A stretch of DNA of 64,000 nt from Bispira polyomma. Taxonomy: Eukaryota. Position 1 is the first letter of the stretch; the number at the start of each line of letters is the position of its first letter. Below are positions 27,932 to 40,142 of the stretch, one piece after another. Under the pieces are notes generated by a model. It worked only from the letters and a program-made list of their open reading frames with translations, made no database searches and had not been told where the DNA came from. The stretch covers positions 17,732,001-17,796,000 of the forward strand of contig OZ287753.1 in NCBI GenBank assembly GCA_965649765.1, given 5' to 3'. The position numbers were made by a program, and so were the translations under genes.

Positions 27932-30631
27932 GACGGGAAACCGCATACAGACACCACTGCTGCACGCATAACTCAAACATCTCGGAGAGGCACAGAATGT
28001 GACACAAGTATCCAGCATGATGACTTTGAGCATAAATATAAAATTGAAGGGAAAGACGTTGAGATATATTTTAATGAGTTAGGTAACAGTTCTATGGACA
28101 CTACTAGCTGTGTAATAACCAATAGTAAAACAAACGTTTTGCCAATTAACACAGTACAACAGACAGAATCTATATTTGATGATCATATGTTAAATCTAAA
28201 AGACGTTAAGTTAGTCATCAGTAATGTAAATCAACAAGTGACTAGTGGTAGTGATATGTGCAGTGACAATACTCGATCTGACTCTATGAACAATTGTAGT
28301 AGTAACTCCATGTCAAAAGTAGATAGGAGTAATGTTGATGTATATTTTAGTTCATATATATCCAGTTTGGATGGATATCACTTATGTTATATTGTATGTA
28401 ATGATAAGGGCCACATTTCCGGAGTGTACACCTGGACTAATGTGTGCGGTCGAGTGTCTCTACATAAATCTGACTACACTGTGGCTAATATATGGCCAGT
28501 AACATTTTACACAACAATGACAATAGATGTCATTGAGACAAAAGCCAAACACTTCACAAATGCAACACGTTTAAAACAACACACAAATAAACAGATTCGA
28601 CAGAGTATCACACACACACGAACAAAGACAAATAAGGCTCAATATTATTTGGACATTATTGATGAAATATCTAGAACAGTTCACCAAGGTACACAAACAC
28701 AAACAGAAGACAACATTGACACTCTACTAGTGAAACGAAAAAGTATAAAATCAGTAGACACAAATGAACATGTTGCCAATTTTGATGACATTGAGATACT
28801 ACAGAATTTGATTATAAATGACCACATTGATGCATTAGGTGACACTAATACAAAAAAAGAAAACAAATTGAAGACAAAAATGATGATGGACAACAGGACT
28901 TATGGTTTTATCACACACGAACAAGAAACTTTCAATTTTGTTGGACCAGAGAGACAGACAGTTGACATTGACTCATACGATAAGTTAATTAAGGTGGCTG
29001 AGATTATAAAACAAACAAACTTACCAAATTACAGAATGGCAAGAATACCAATTAAGAGTAATCTTAATGTGAGTAATTGGAAGAAATATCTAACCAATTA
29101 CCCAAATCAGAAATTACTTGAGTACATACAATTCGGATTTCCCATTTCTCTGTATGAGCGAGACAGACTGAATGTAAAAGATATCAAAAATCATTTCTCA
29201 GCCTTGACCTTCCCAAATGTGGTAGACAAGTATTTCACCACAGAAATAGAAAGAGGCACAATAATAGGACCAATAAATCAAACTCTTCACAAGGACACAC
29301 ATTGTTCTCCCCTTATGTCTAGGCCTAAAGACAATAATCAGCGCAGATTAATTCTTAACTTATCTCATCCTTTAGGCAGATCAGTAAATGATTGTACCGT
29401 AAAGGACAAATGCGACAACACCGACTTTGACTTAAAATTACCGACTATTGACCAAATTACCACTTACATTAAATTTTTAGGACCTAAGGCCACCTTAGCG
29501 AAATTGGACATAGCCCACGCATTTCGAAACTTACGTGTTGACCCTCTTGATTGTTTAAAACTAGGTTATGTTTGGAAAAATCAACACTTTATTGATCTAA
29601 GTCTTACTTTCGGACTCACCCATGGCACGTCTATCTTTATCATGGCATCAGACGCAATTACTTACATCATGAAAGAAAAAGGTTTTAAAGTATTTAACTA
29701 CATCGATGATTACATTATTGTAGAAAAAGAAGATAAGGCCACCTTAGCCTATGAAACTTTACAAAGTATTGTAACTGAACTTGGTTTACCCATCAATCCC
29801 AAGAAATTAGTTCCCCCTAGTAAAAAGGTCACATGTATGGGCATAACAATTGATATTGCACACGCAACTCTCAGTATTGACGAAGAAAAACTCAATTCAA
29901 TATATGACATTTGTGTCACATTCAGCTCATTAAGAAAAGTACCTAGAAATAAGTATCAATCATTATTGGGTAAACTCCTCTATATACAGAGGTGTGTGAA
30001 ACATTCACGCATATTTATGAATCGGATGCTTACAGTACTACGAAATTCCAAACATAGCAAATGGATAAACTTAACGGACGAGTTTCATAAGGACTTGAAT
30101 TGGTTCTTACGTTTCTTAAAAGAATTCAATGGTACTACAAAGTATAGCATTGAAAACCAACACTATGACATACTATTTCATGGTGACGCGTGTCTCTCCG
30201 GCATAGGTGGCGTGTGGGATAAGAAAGTTTTTCAAACAGTGTTACCAATGTTTTTAACAGAATCACTATCTATAGTACACTTTGAAATGATCTGCGTACT
30301 ATTAGCATTGAAATTATGGGGTAAACATTGGCAGAACAAACGAATTAAAATCAAATCAGATAACATGGCAGTGGTTTCTGTAGTGCGGTCGCTGAAAACT
30401 AAAGATAAATATTTAAGCTTATGTTTGAGAAACATTTGGCTACTCTGTGCAAAATACAATATAGACCTCTTAATAGAACACATACCAGGTAAAGACAACG
30501 TTATTGCAGACTGTTTATCTCGTTGGCATGAATTAGGACATTATGGACAAAAAATGAAGGACTTGATTAAGGAAAATTTTGAAATGTACAATATACCACT
30601 AGACATGTTCCTAATGGACACTTTAATTTGA
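27932..30631 (+). CDS. pol: E1 ORF2, reverse transcriptase plus RNase H (first ATG 28094; frame open from the gag stop)
   Basis: RT motifs KLDIAHAFRNL, LTFGL and YIDD. RNase H motifs DAC, E, KSDN and N.IAD.LSR. Same frame as gag, with no stop in 27932-28093. Confidence 0.93.
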   Translation, partial: DGKPHTDTTAARITQTSRRGTECDTSIQHDDFEHKYKIEGKDVEIYFNELGNSSMDTTSCVITNSKTNVLPINTVQQTESIFDDHMLNLKDVKLVISNVNQQVTSGSDMCSDNTRSDSMNNCSSNSMSKVDRSNVDVYFSSYISSLDGYHLCYIVCNDKGHISGVYTWTNVCGRVSLHKSDYTVANIWPVTFYTTMTIDVIETKAKHFTNATRLKQHTNKQIRQSITHTRTKTNKAQYYLDIIDEISRTVHQGTQTQTEDNIDTLLVKRKSIKSVDTNEHVANFDDIEILQNLIINDHIDALGDTNTKKENKLKTKMMMDNRTYGFITHEQETFNFVGPERQTVDIDSYDKLIKVAEIIKQTNLPNYRMARIPIKSNLNVSNWKKYLTNYPNQKLLEYIQFGFPISLYERDRLNVKDIKNHFSALTFPNVVDKYFTTEIERGTIIGPINQTLHKDTHCSPLMSRPKDNNQRRLILNLSHPLGRSVNDCTVKDKCDNTDFDLKLPTIDQITTYIKFLGPKATLAKLDIAHAFRNLRVDPLDCLKLGYVWKNQHFIDLSLTFGLTHGTSIFIMASDAITYIMKEKGFKVFNYIDDYIIVEKEDKATLAYETLQSIVTELGLPINPKKLVPPSKKVTCMGITIDIAHATLSIDEEKLNSIYDICVTFSSLRKVPRNKYQSLLGKLLYIQRCVKHSRIFMNRMLTVLRNSKHSKWINLTDEFHKDLNWFLRFLKEFNGTTKYSIENQHYDILFHGDACLSGIGGVWDKKVFQTVLPMFLTESLSIVHFEMICVLLALKLWGKHWQNKRIKIKSDNMAVVSVVRSLKTKDKYLSLCLRNIWLLCAKYNIDLLIEHIPGKDNVIADCLSRWHELGHYGQKMKDLIKENFEMYNIPLDMFLMDTLI

Positions 30632-30637
30632 TTTCAG

Positions 30638-31413
30638 GAATGACAGAAACAGCTAGACCTCTCTTGACAAGTGCAGTCCAGAGAATTAGACAGTGTCACA
30701 GACCCAGAACTACTAAACAATATAACAGCCAGTTTAGATTATTCCTGGCCTTCACAGTATACTACCAGCTGAATGAAACATTCAGCTTCAATACCATTAT
30801 TACATTCATGGAATATCTAGTACAATCTGGAGTTTCACCCAAAGTGATAAACAACTACTTGTCAGCTATACGTCATACTTGCAAATTTCTTAACATTACT
30901 GACAAGGGTCTTTATGATCAAAGATTACCACTGTTTCAAAGATCAGTCGAATTATCCTCAAGATTTTCTCCCAAGGTCAAAGGTGTCTTCGACCTTCACC
31001 AATTGATAGAAATTTCAAAAACATGTGAAATTCTTCATTGCCCTGAATTATTCAGAACAGCGTTTTTGGTTGCATATTTCGGATTCCTGCGAATCTCTAA
31101 TTTGACTACAACTTCCGGATACCGATTTGACCCAACTAGACACATTACCAGGGATGACTTGGTGTTTGCTCACCCTGGCATTCATTTGATTCTAAAGTGG
31201 TCGAAGACGAATCAGACCAGATCACATACAGACATAATTCAACTCCCTGCTCTTAGCAACCCTTGGCTTTGTCCACTCACTGCTGTGAAGAAATTATTTC
31301 AAAAATTTCCAATGTCAGGGAAAGCACCATTATTAGCTGATCCTTCAGACAAAGATAAATGCCTTTCAGATACAAAGCTCAACAAACAAACATGGGCCTT
31401 AAAACAAGGCTGA
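30638..31413 (+). pseudogene. E1 tyrosine recombinase, C-terminally truncated
   Basis: GFLRISN (R) and KWSKT (K) are present. The ORF runs into repeat X at 31384 before the HxxR, H/W and Y catalytic residues seen in E2. Confidence 0.85.
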
Positions 31414-31726
31414 TAAAAGTCGTCTGCTACAAACACACAGCTAGTGTTAACACTTCTCTCACAACCATTTGCAATAGTTCTCCATTGATTCTATGTGTCT
31501 CCTCTCTATGATACACAATATAGATGGCTCTGCCTCTATACAAAGTGTGTACTAGTACTAAGGAAGAAATAGAAATAAACTACCTGCCTTCAGATTTTTT
31601 CTTTCATACATACATCATGTACCATGATACACATCAAAACTCACACAGTGATTATCTCATTTATCATTCACAAACATTCTTAGAATGTTCTTAGTCTCAG
31701 GCAATCAGATTCTCTGAAACATATGT
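31384..31726 (+). repeat. 343-bp direct repeat X, right copy
   Basis: Offset of 5644 bp from the left copy. Confidence 0.95.
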
Positions 31727-34700
31727 TAAGCCAATCAAATTAATGGATTAAAATTTTAAGAATACCAACCGAGCTGTTCTCTTGTGAGAAGGTTTATTTC
31801 AAATCTAATTGTCTCTCCAATTATAACTTCCCTGCAATAAGTTTATCATAGCTTTCCAAGAACTGTTGGCTTTTATATATATATATCCCTCCACTGTTGG
31901 CTGAAGTTCAGTATTTAAGGCTTGTTGGTTACAGAACCCAATAAGTATTTAAGGTAGGAGCAAAAACAATTGAGAGGGCTGCAACTAAAATTCATAAAAG
32001 TAGTAAACAATTATAACCAGACAGTGAACGGGAATGGCTACTAAATAATTTCATATATATTCCGAAAAAGCTAATTCACCAAGAATCAATCAAACATGTT
32101 TTAAGATACTGAAAGACTAAGAGTACAGGTGCCTCCACAGTGTAATTAATAGATTATTGTATTATATATTTCAACACAGTTTATCAATACAAGGCATCTT
32201 ATAAAACAACTGAATCAATCAACAAATCATGTGTCATACAGCATATCACAGATAGTCATTAGTAGGCAATGGCATGTTCACAAAAGTAAAAATCAAACTG
32301 AGGACCTTCTGATCACTAGACCAACTTGCTAACCAATAGACCACCAGTGACTACGTGGAGTATAAAACATATATCGTTAAAATATTAAATATAAAATTTA
32401 TACCAAGTAGCAACGAAATCACAAATTATACTTATTGTCCACACCAGTGTTAGTCCCAATGGCTCACTGACCATTTTCACATGGTGAAAACCCTAAAGTA
32501 CCAACCTTACTATGGTGTTTTGGTCAGCTCATTGAGATAAGAATTTATTACATCTAAAATACAGGGCCATCTGAAGATCAGGTATGTTGACGTTTACAAC
32601 TGGTTTGTAAGTATCAACCAAACCAACCAGAGCTTTGTTTGTTTGGCGTCTGCATCTGACTAAATACTGGTAGTTTTAGTGCCTAGATTGTCTACATCTT
32701 TAAATAGTTTTAGAAGAGCCTACACATGTCTCAGACACATCAAGCATAAACAATAACATGTATATGTGGTTAGTTATATGAAAAACTTGATGTTTCTACA
32801 AATGCTTTTTGTTTTGCAACATTCAATCTTTTTGCCGAGTATCTGAATTTTTACAGACTGTTGAATTTTTGGTAACATTTTGTGATTCAGCAGACTCATT
32901 GACATTTAGTCTAGGTTTCCATGTCAGCAATGGGCGACTGCAATAAGGCGACGGCCGACAGTAAAAAAATTGCCTTGCATTGCCCACCACTTATCGGGGT
33001 TGCTCACACGGAAATAGATACTTCTAAATCAATGAAACCAATAAAATTGCTGTTGGCTGATTGCCTCAGAAAATTCTCTGCAAGGAAACATTCACTTTAG
33101 GCCCACCTGTGTTTGACTGGAAATAAATCTTTACAAGAGTTGTCTTTTTAAAAAGAAACATGCGCATAGTGTGAGAAATATTAATCCGATGCCCCTTAGT
33201 TTTATTTTATTTGCAACATGGCGGCAATATCAGGCAGAGCCTGATAATATTACACCCCTCAGTTTGACTGGGGCGATTATTACCAACTAATCCCTGAAGG
33301 GCTTACATATTATTTCCAACATGGCGGCACCCTTCAAAGAGTGAAAACAATATCAGGCTGCGGCTGATAAAGAGGTTGCTTTTTTTTAAAAAAGTATCAA
33401 CGTATTGCACCTATTTCCTGTCTGTTTGTTTCCAACACCACAATATTTGTAGTATATGAACATTTCTTCGATATATTCTTCATTTAATTCTAGGGTGGCT
33501 TTACCTGTCAAAAGTCATTAACTGTTTAACATCGCTGGGGTTGGTATTATTATTGTGAGAATCTGTATGCACAAGACTGGATTGTTATCATGCCAAATAT
33601 TCTTGCCATCTTTGCATATTAGATAAGCCGTGTTTTCATTGTGTCCATAAGTTTTCTTAACAGGGAAATATTGAGTATATGTTTTATGTCATTTCATATT
33701 TTTGTGGTCTAAATATTTTTATGGAAAGCATATGCTTTTTTATATGTTTACAACATTTTAAAAATGCTCTGGCAGACAATCCCTAAAAATAGGATCTGTC
33801 CATTGGTTTTGTCGAATGTTGCAAAACTATGGACACTCTGGAAAATGATGGTATGGTCGCAGTGGCCTAGTGGTTAGAAGTTTTCATTAGCTTTAGCTTT
33901 GTGGGTTAGAATGCCACTGCTTTAGGTCGGTGGTTCCCAACATTCCATCACTAGTTTCCTTCACTGTTAAATCTGGCCATAGCGATATGACATAACCTAT
34001 TAAAAGCAACATAAAATGTAAGTGAATTCAAATTGAATTACAATTCCAGCAAATTATGAAAAGTTGCAAAGCACACCTATTATGAATTTTGAAGTAAGTG
34101 CAGAATGCTATGTAGATTTTACTGTCTTTTTAAGTGATTCTGTAAAACATTTACTGCCTTGGGTAGAGTTCTATGTCCATAAAAAAAAGCCATGAAACAT
34201 ATTTTAACGGTACAAATTTCAAAGCTCACTGCTGCTTTCTATTACGCAAGAGTTTGTGCATAAGCTGAAACTCATTTGATTTCGAAACTCGCTTTCATTT
34301 TTGCAAAGATATTACTGAAATATATCTAAAGTACATTGCAATACGATTTTTTGGGTTGATATACTTTTTGTCACTAGGCTGTGGTTAGAAGCACTAGCTT
34401 CACAATTACTCGTCTCTCACCAATGTGGGTTTAAACCCAGTTTGTTTGTTGAAATGTGAAAGTTTGTCTGGTGCTACTTGTCATGGGTTGGGTTTTTTTA
34501 AGTGCTTTAGCACTGACTTCTTCCACTATGTAATACGGCCATAGCGGTATGACCTAAGCTGTTGAAAATGACATAAAACCCAACTAAACTCAACTAAAAT
34601 ATGAAGTCACTATCTAGTAGTAAAACTTGCAACACACTTCTGTGGTTTGGTCAACAATGTCATTTTTAAAATTCTAAACTACAAGAACAAAAGAAATAAT

Positions 34701-34727
34701 AATTACTGAAGCAAATACACCGCCCTT

Positions 34728-35400
34728 ACCTTTTTCATTACTGCAACCACAGGTTACTTCTTCGTCCATCTTAACTCTCTACCATGTGAAAATTTACATA
34801 AGCCAACTGCATGACACATATCAATGTTCCAGAATAGTAATCCTTTTAAAGTTCGTACAAATATCCAGCAACATGTCTCCATATCCCTTTTTGACAATCC
34901 CATAAAATATAACAAACTTTACACCAGTGACAAGGATTTTTATGGCTAAAAGGATGTATAACATGCCAGTCACATCAAGGTAAGAGTTTCCTAGTGCACA
35001 CATATGCAGGTTAATTTATTTACTATCAAACTGTCCATTGATTGCTCGTGGCTAGCAAGGGTTGGGTCCAACTCTGTGTTTACAATGATATCTAGTGTCT
35101 CGCCTAATTGGTTTCTGTTTACAGTCACACAAAAAACCTATATTGCTGGAGCACATTGGAACAATGGTCAATTCTAATCATAGGCTTAGTACATATTTGA
35201 CGAATGGGCCTTGGAATGTTTCTAAAACAACATTTTTAGCAATAAAATTAAATGATATCCCTTTGAATCGATTAATATAAAAACAATATAACTAGATTGA
35301 CATCTGGTGGATCGAATCAAGACATCAAATTACATTAAATATCGGTTGAAAATGTAAAATCCAATAACTAGGAGACTATCAGTGTTTATGAACTATAAAT
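34728..35400 (-). other. Copy 1 of a duplicated promoter/first-exon-like block
   Basis: Colinear similarity to 42400-43030. Ends in the minus-strand donor AAG|GTAAGG (GT at 34729-34728). Confidence 0.5.
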
Positions 35401-38400
35401 TTTTTCGGAAACGTTTTGAAATTAGAGTAACAAATGTCATACCCATGATATCGTTGTAGATCCCTTTTGTATACATTTGTATGTTGTAACAGTGTTGTCA
35501 AAGGGCACATTAGATGTATCTGCTGCTAAGGAATAACACATTCAGAGAACCTGGGTTTAATCCTAGCCTGGTGACAAACATGACCATTTAACATGTCTAT
35601 ACCCTGTGTCATTGTGTTCTATTACCAGTGGTGAAGTAACAGAAGCTTGTACAACGTTGTACAATGACCATGTCTTTAGTTTTGTAGTCAATAACTGAAT
35701 CACAGAAAACTGGGAGATAGTGCACTAAATATGAATTTGAATAGAAAGAAAGGTATGGCACAACCTGTGGAGTTGTCATTAATGTCAGATTGTGACATAA
35801 AATACTAGACAACAAAGTACACAATAATCCTATCTGTTTTGTGTTAAGGAATTATGTAATACAAAATGTACTAACATATGTTCAGAACCCATAATGTAAG
35901 GTAGCACCCTAGCTATTTCTAGGGCACCAAATTTCTAGGAAATTACAGAGTTACCAAAAAGCTAACGATGTACAAATGCTGAGAGGACGTCTACTTGATA
36001 TATACTGTTGACGTAGTTTGAGTTTTGGCTGGGGTTTATAAAAATGTAAACATATTAGACCATATAATAATATCCAGAATATTATGTGGGGGTTGTTGAA
36101 AATCTATATAGAAAAGCACTGTTCACGTTTTTTTTCTTGGGTTTACATCAGTGTAAACATATTAGGACATATCATGATAGTCAGGATTTTATGGGGGGGG
36201 GGGAGGGGGGGGCTTGTTGAAACCTAATATTGTCAACCACTGATCTGATGCCATGGCTTGACATACTTTCTCGCGTGAAAGAAACCAGTGGTATTTGAGT
36301 CACAGTCTTCATAAGTGAGAAGTAAGTCATTCCAAATCAAACACAACATCCAGTCTATATCCCAATGATCAGTTAATAAGAGTGAGACAGCTCAATGAAA
36401 CAGACAGGGTTGTATGTCTAACTTCTAAAGGATGACATAGTTGGAGTTGTCCTGACCTGAGTAGGAAGACTATTCCATTCTGCAGTAGCTGACATAGCAT
36501 GTCGTGGACTAGTGGTGGAGGTGCGGTCGACTAGTGGTTAGATGCATCTGCTTTAAAAATCACTGGCCTCTCACCTCTGAGCGATAGAATCCCAAAGATT
36601 CCTTCTTCATTTGAGAACATTTGTCAAGTACTTCCTGTTGGTCTGTGGTTTGCAGTGGCTTTAGCACTGGTTTCCATCACCACTAATCCTGGCCGTTCCA
36701 ATATGACCATAGCTCTTGAAAGCAATGTAAAACCCAAATATATTAAACTTTATGGAGTGAGTTTACTAAGTTGTACTACAAATGGTATAGGTCAACTGGC
36801 TGGTCAAGAGTTAACTGTCTTATATTTAATAACAAGATAGATCCCCTATGTGTGAGAATAAATGTATGTCAACCAGATGTGTACAATCACATGATGTATT
36901 CAAAATATCCAAATCAAATGAGGACCTATGTTGAGTCGTGTAATAAATTGTAATAATAAATGTGAGCCTTATGGCCTGGTCAAACTGGACTTTAGCTTTG
37001 ATTACGCACAAAAATTAGCAAACAAAAGGTGAAAGTATTTGCGTAATGAACCAATTATGCATATATAAACGTATGCTTGCTTAAGTAACACATCTTTTGA
37101 GCAGCATAAAGATATTCTTCATTTAGCCACGTTTTTGCAATATCAACTGATACGTATTCAACGTAATTAAAATGTTATGAAAAGGAATTTAAAACTAATT
37201 TTGCATATTCTATATATAAGACCTAAGTGAAGTGAATATAACTTATTTGAAATGTGGCTAATGAGATTAAATGTGTGAGGTAATTGTATGGAATGTGATT
37301 AAAACAAATAATAAACCTGGCCCTTCGTCACAAATGTAGTTAATAATTCAGGTGTTGTGCATCTCAATGTACATGAAGAATGTGAAAAAAACGATTATGT
37401 TTTTCAAATTTTCGCTCTGTTCACTTCTGTTTGCTTACATTCATAAAATTTTTAAAATAAATCAACGTTAACCTAAACGTTCGTACCAGGACATTAAGAA
37501 AGTTTCGGTAGCGTTGGTTTTGCCTGTTGTCAGCATGCAATGAGTAGTGGTAGCAAACTAGTTAACACCTGTGTACCAATGGACTGCCACATTGTAAGTG
37601 ATTGCAAATATAGCTGTAACAATAATATAACCAGAAGTAAATGCCACCGTGTTCAATCAATTAGAATATTATTATGTTTGTATCACATAACGTTTGTTTG
37701 AAATAGACATACCTTCAAAGAGAGATATTTTCACAGTTTTAATCTGGGTGGTGGGCGGTGATCGGTACACGGGCGTTAATTGGTCTGCAATCACTATAGT
37801 GCTAATAGGTGTGGACACTGTAAGTGGTACCAACAGCTTTACAATACTTCAACTGAAGTTGTATTTGGCATGTATGGAGAACAATAATATCAGAGTCTGG
37901 TACAACCAAACTTGGAAGGGTGAGTAAAAAAAAATCCTTTGTTTTCAATCTTCCATAGACCAAAAGTATATATAAAATAGAAAATAATATTATACACATA
38001 ACCATCTGTCCATGATTGATTTATTATGTTGGTGTTATTTGGCAATGTTATACACTGAGTTAAGTATAGAGTCAAACTAACATAGTATGCTACCCAAAAA
38101 AAAGAGGCCACCATTCTATGAAGATAGTTGATTCAACTTGTCCATGGCAGTATTTGCTTTATTTCTTTTTTGATAAACCACCTGTCTATTTAAGATTTAC
38201 TTATTTGAGCTTCCCTGGATTCCACACAGGCTCAATTTATTTTGAACACAAGCTGAACATTAAGTTATACTAATTTACAATGAGCACAAAACGTTCACTG
38301 GTTCGTAGTGTTAGTTGTAAACCCCCCAAAATCTAAAAACATATTTTATTTACTTTATTTATTACTAGTGATTGACTTGTCCTTGTACAGTGAACGAAAA

Positions 38401-39049
38401 CAAACAAAAAATTACTCAGCCATAAAAAAAGTAGGATCCGTAAAATTCAGCTGTCAAAGTTGTTTCTCTCAAGATTGCCCAATAAAAAAAATGAGGAATC
38501 AAATTGCTTTATCGGGGATCGTTTCCTTGCTATTGTATTCATTGATACAAATCCACAGTTTTATAACATCATCCTACTCCTTTAGTGTAGATTCCTACTA
38601 CAAAATTGGCTACTCTCATTTAGAATTGTATTTCATTTGCTGTATAATTTGTGGGTACACCGCGTTGGTGTTTTTTATTATAAAAATGTGTATATTTTTA
38701 TCAACTGAATGGTAGTGCCCAACACTTGGTTCCTCAACGCGAAGCTTCTTTGTCTCACCTGTCGAATCACTTTTCGACTGGAGATCCATATTGATGTCTC
38801 TCCATACCTCCAAATACCTATATTAACTTCCCATTCATTATAGTATCATGTTTAAAATCCATGTAATTATACTTTTAAAGCTGTTATCTCTCAACAGCCC
38901 TCCTATTTTGCTGCTCGCCTTTCCTTCAGTATAGTCCAGTCAATTTAGCCCCAAACAAGAATAGGAATAAATTGCAACAAAAACATTTTTGTTGCATAAG
39001 GTTGAGAAATATGTCACTGATCACATACATAAAAGATAGGAATATAACC

Positions 39050-39240
39050 TTTAAAGGGGAAAGAAACTTTCTGTTTTCTCTGGTAAATCTGCGAAGAGGG
39101 CAGGATCTGTAACTTTCTCTGTTACTGCCTCTATGTTATGGAATAGTCTCTCTGTTAACCTTAGATCACTTTAAACACTTTCTGGTTTCAGGAAGAAAAC
39201 TATACCCTATCTCTTTAAACTCGCATATGTTTTCTCCTTG
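39050..39240 (+). mobile_element. L2 3' end fragment
   Basis: Degenerate match to 45630-45810 (FS..A..LWNSL..L...F.KKL..YLF). Confidence 0.7.
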
Positions 39241-39879
39241 TATTTTCTTAGAGATTACGTTTGTTTGTTTTTTTTTGTTTGTAATCTTTTTTGGAGAATG
39301 AGTGACTTACAAAAGGATGGTTCATCAATTTGGAGCTTTATAAATCCTTCAATTAAATTAAGTTTAAAAATACTAATGAAATCATGGTATTGTGAGATTC
39401 TAAACGTTTTTAAATTTTTCAATTAAGATGTTTTGCACATAACTGGTGGGGTGATGCCTTAGCAGTTCTGGTACCAGTCTAATGTGGTTAAAATAAAACC
39501 ACTAGGGGTCATGGGTGCAAGTATATAAAGCGTTGGCGCCTGTATCAGCGCCCTCATTGAAAATTTTGTTAAGAGGATAGAGTATTTTTGCAACCCACCC
39601 TTACCCACCCGGTAATTGTCTTTTAGTTTCCACCTTATTGTACCACCAGCCAAGGTGGCACAATGGTTAGTCATAACCTGGTTCTTCCACTGTGGTATAG
39701 TTTTCTGTTAAATCTGTTCCATCCCACTCATATATGCTTATGCAATCTTCATCTGTTACCATTATAGGTTATTCCTTGGCCAACGGCCAGGGTGCTTCTA
39801 GTTAGTGGGATAGGCGTACACCTATCCGGGTATCCAGTATATCATTTCATACAATTAACAAGTTTTGTTAAAATTGAAA

Positions 39880-40142
39880 TGTTGTTGCTTGTGTTATAAA
39901 TTGAACCTTGTCGCTTGTATTGTTGCTTGCGTTCTCAGTTGAAAATTAAATCTTGTTACTTGTGTTTTGAAGTTCAAAAATTAAATATTGTCGCTTGTAT
40001 TGTTGCTTGCGTTATCAGTAACAAATTCAAGCTTGTGGCTTGTGTTCTTTGAAAGTTAAATTAATTTCAACTTTCTATCCATGTATATATATATAACTAG
40101 TTAAAAAAATTCTTGTTGCTTGTGTTCTTGAAAGTTAACTGA
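39880..40142. repeat. Degenerate minisatellite interrupted by the Helentron-like element; resumes at 41349-41460
   Basis: Repeated 'tgttgcttgtgtt.ttgaaagttaa'. 'aactttctatccatgtatatata..actagttaaa' occurs at 40069 and 41353. Confidence 0.75.

Larger units (their letters stand above)
25740..31726 (+). mobile_element. Ngaro-type YR retrotransposon E1 with 3'-truncated YR, flanked by a 343-bp direct repeat
   Basis: ORF order gag, RT/RNase H, YR, homologous to E2. No methyltransferase domain. Direct repeat at 25740-26082 and 31384-31726. Confidence 0.9.

Noticed and set aside
27896-27941. Two GGGAAAC heptamers near the E1 gag end as frameshift sites
   Set aside because: They are in GGG_AAA_C register relative to gag, and pol is in the gag frame, so no shift is needed.
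37890-38114. ORF peptide NIINQSWTDGYV resembling the GPCR N-terminus
   Set aside because: The match is short and low-complexity, with no TM1-TM2 homology following.
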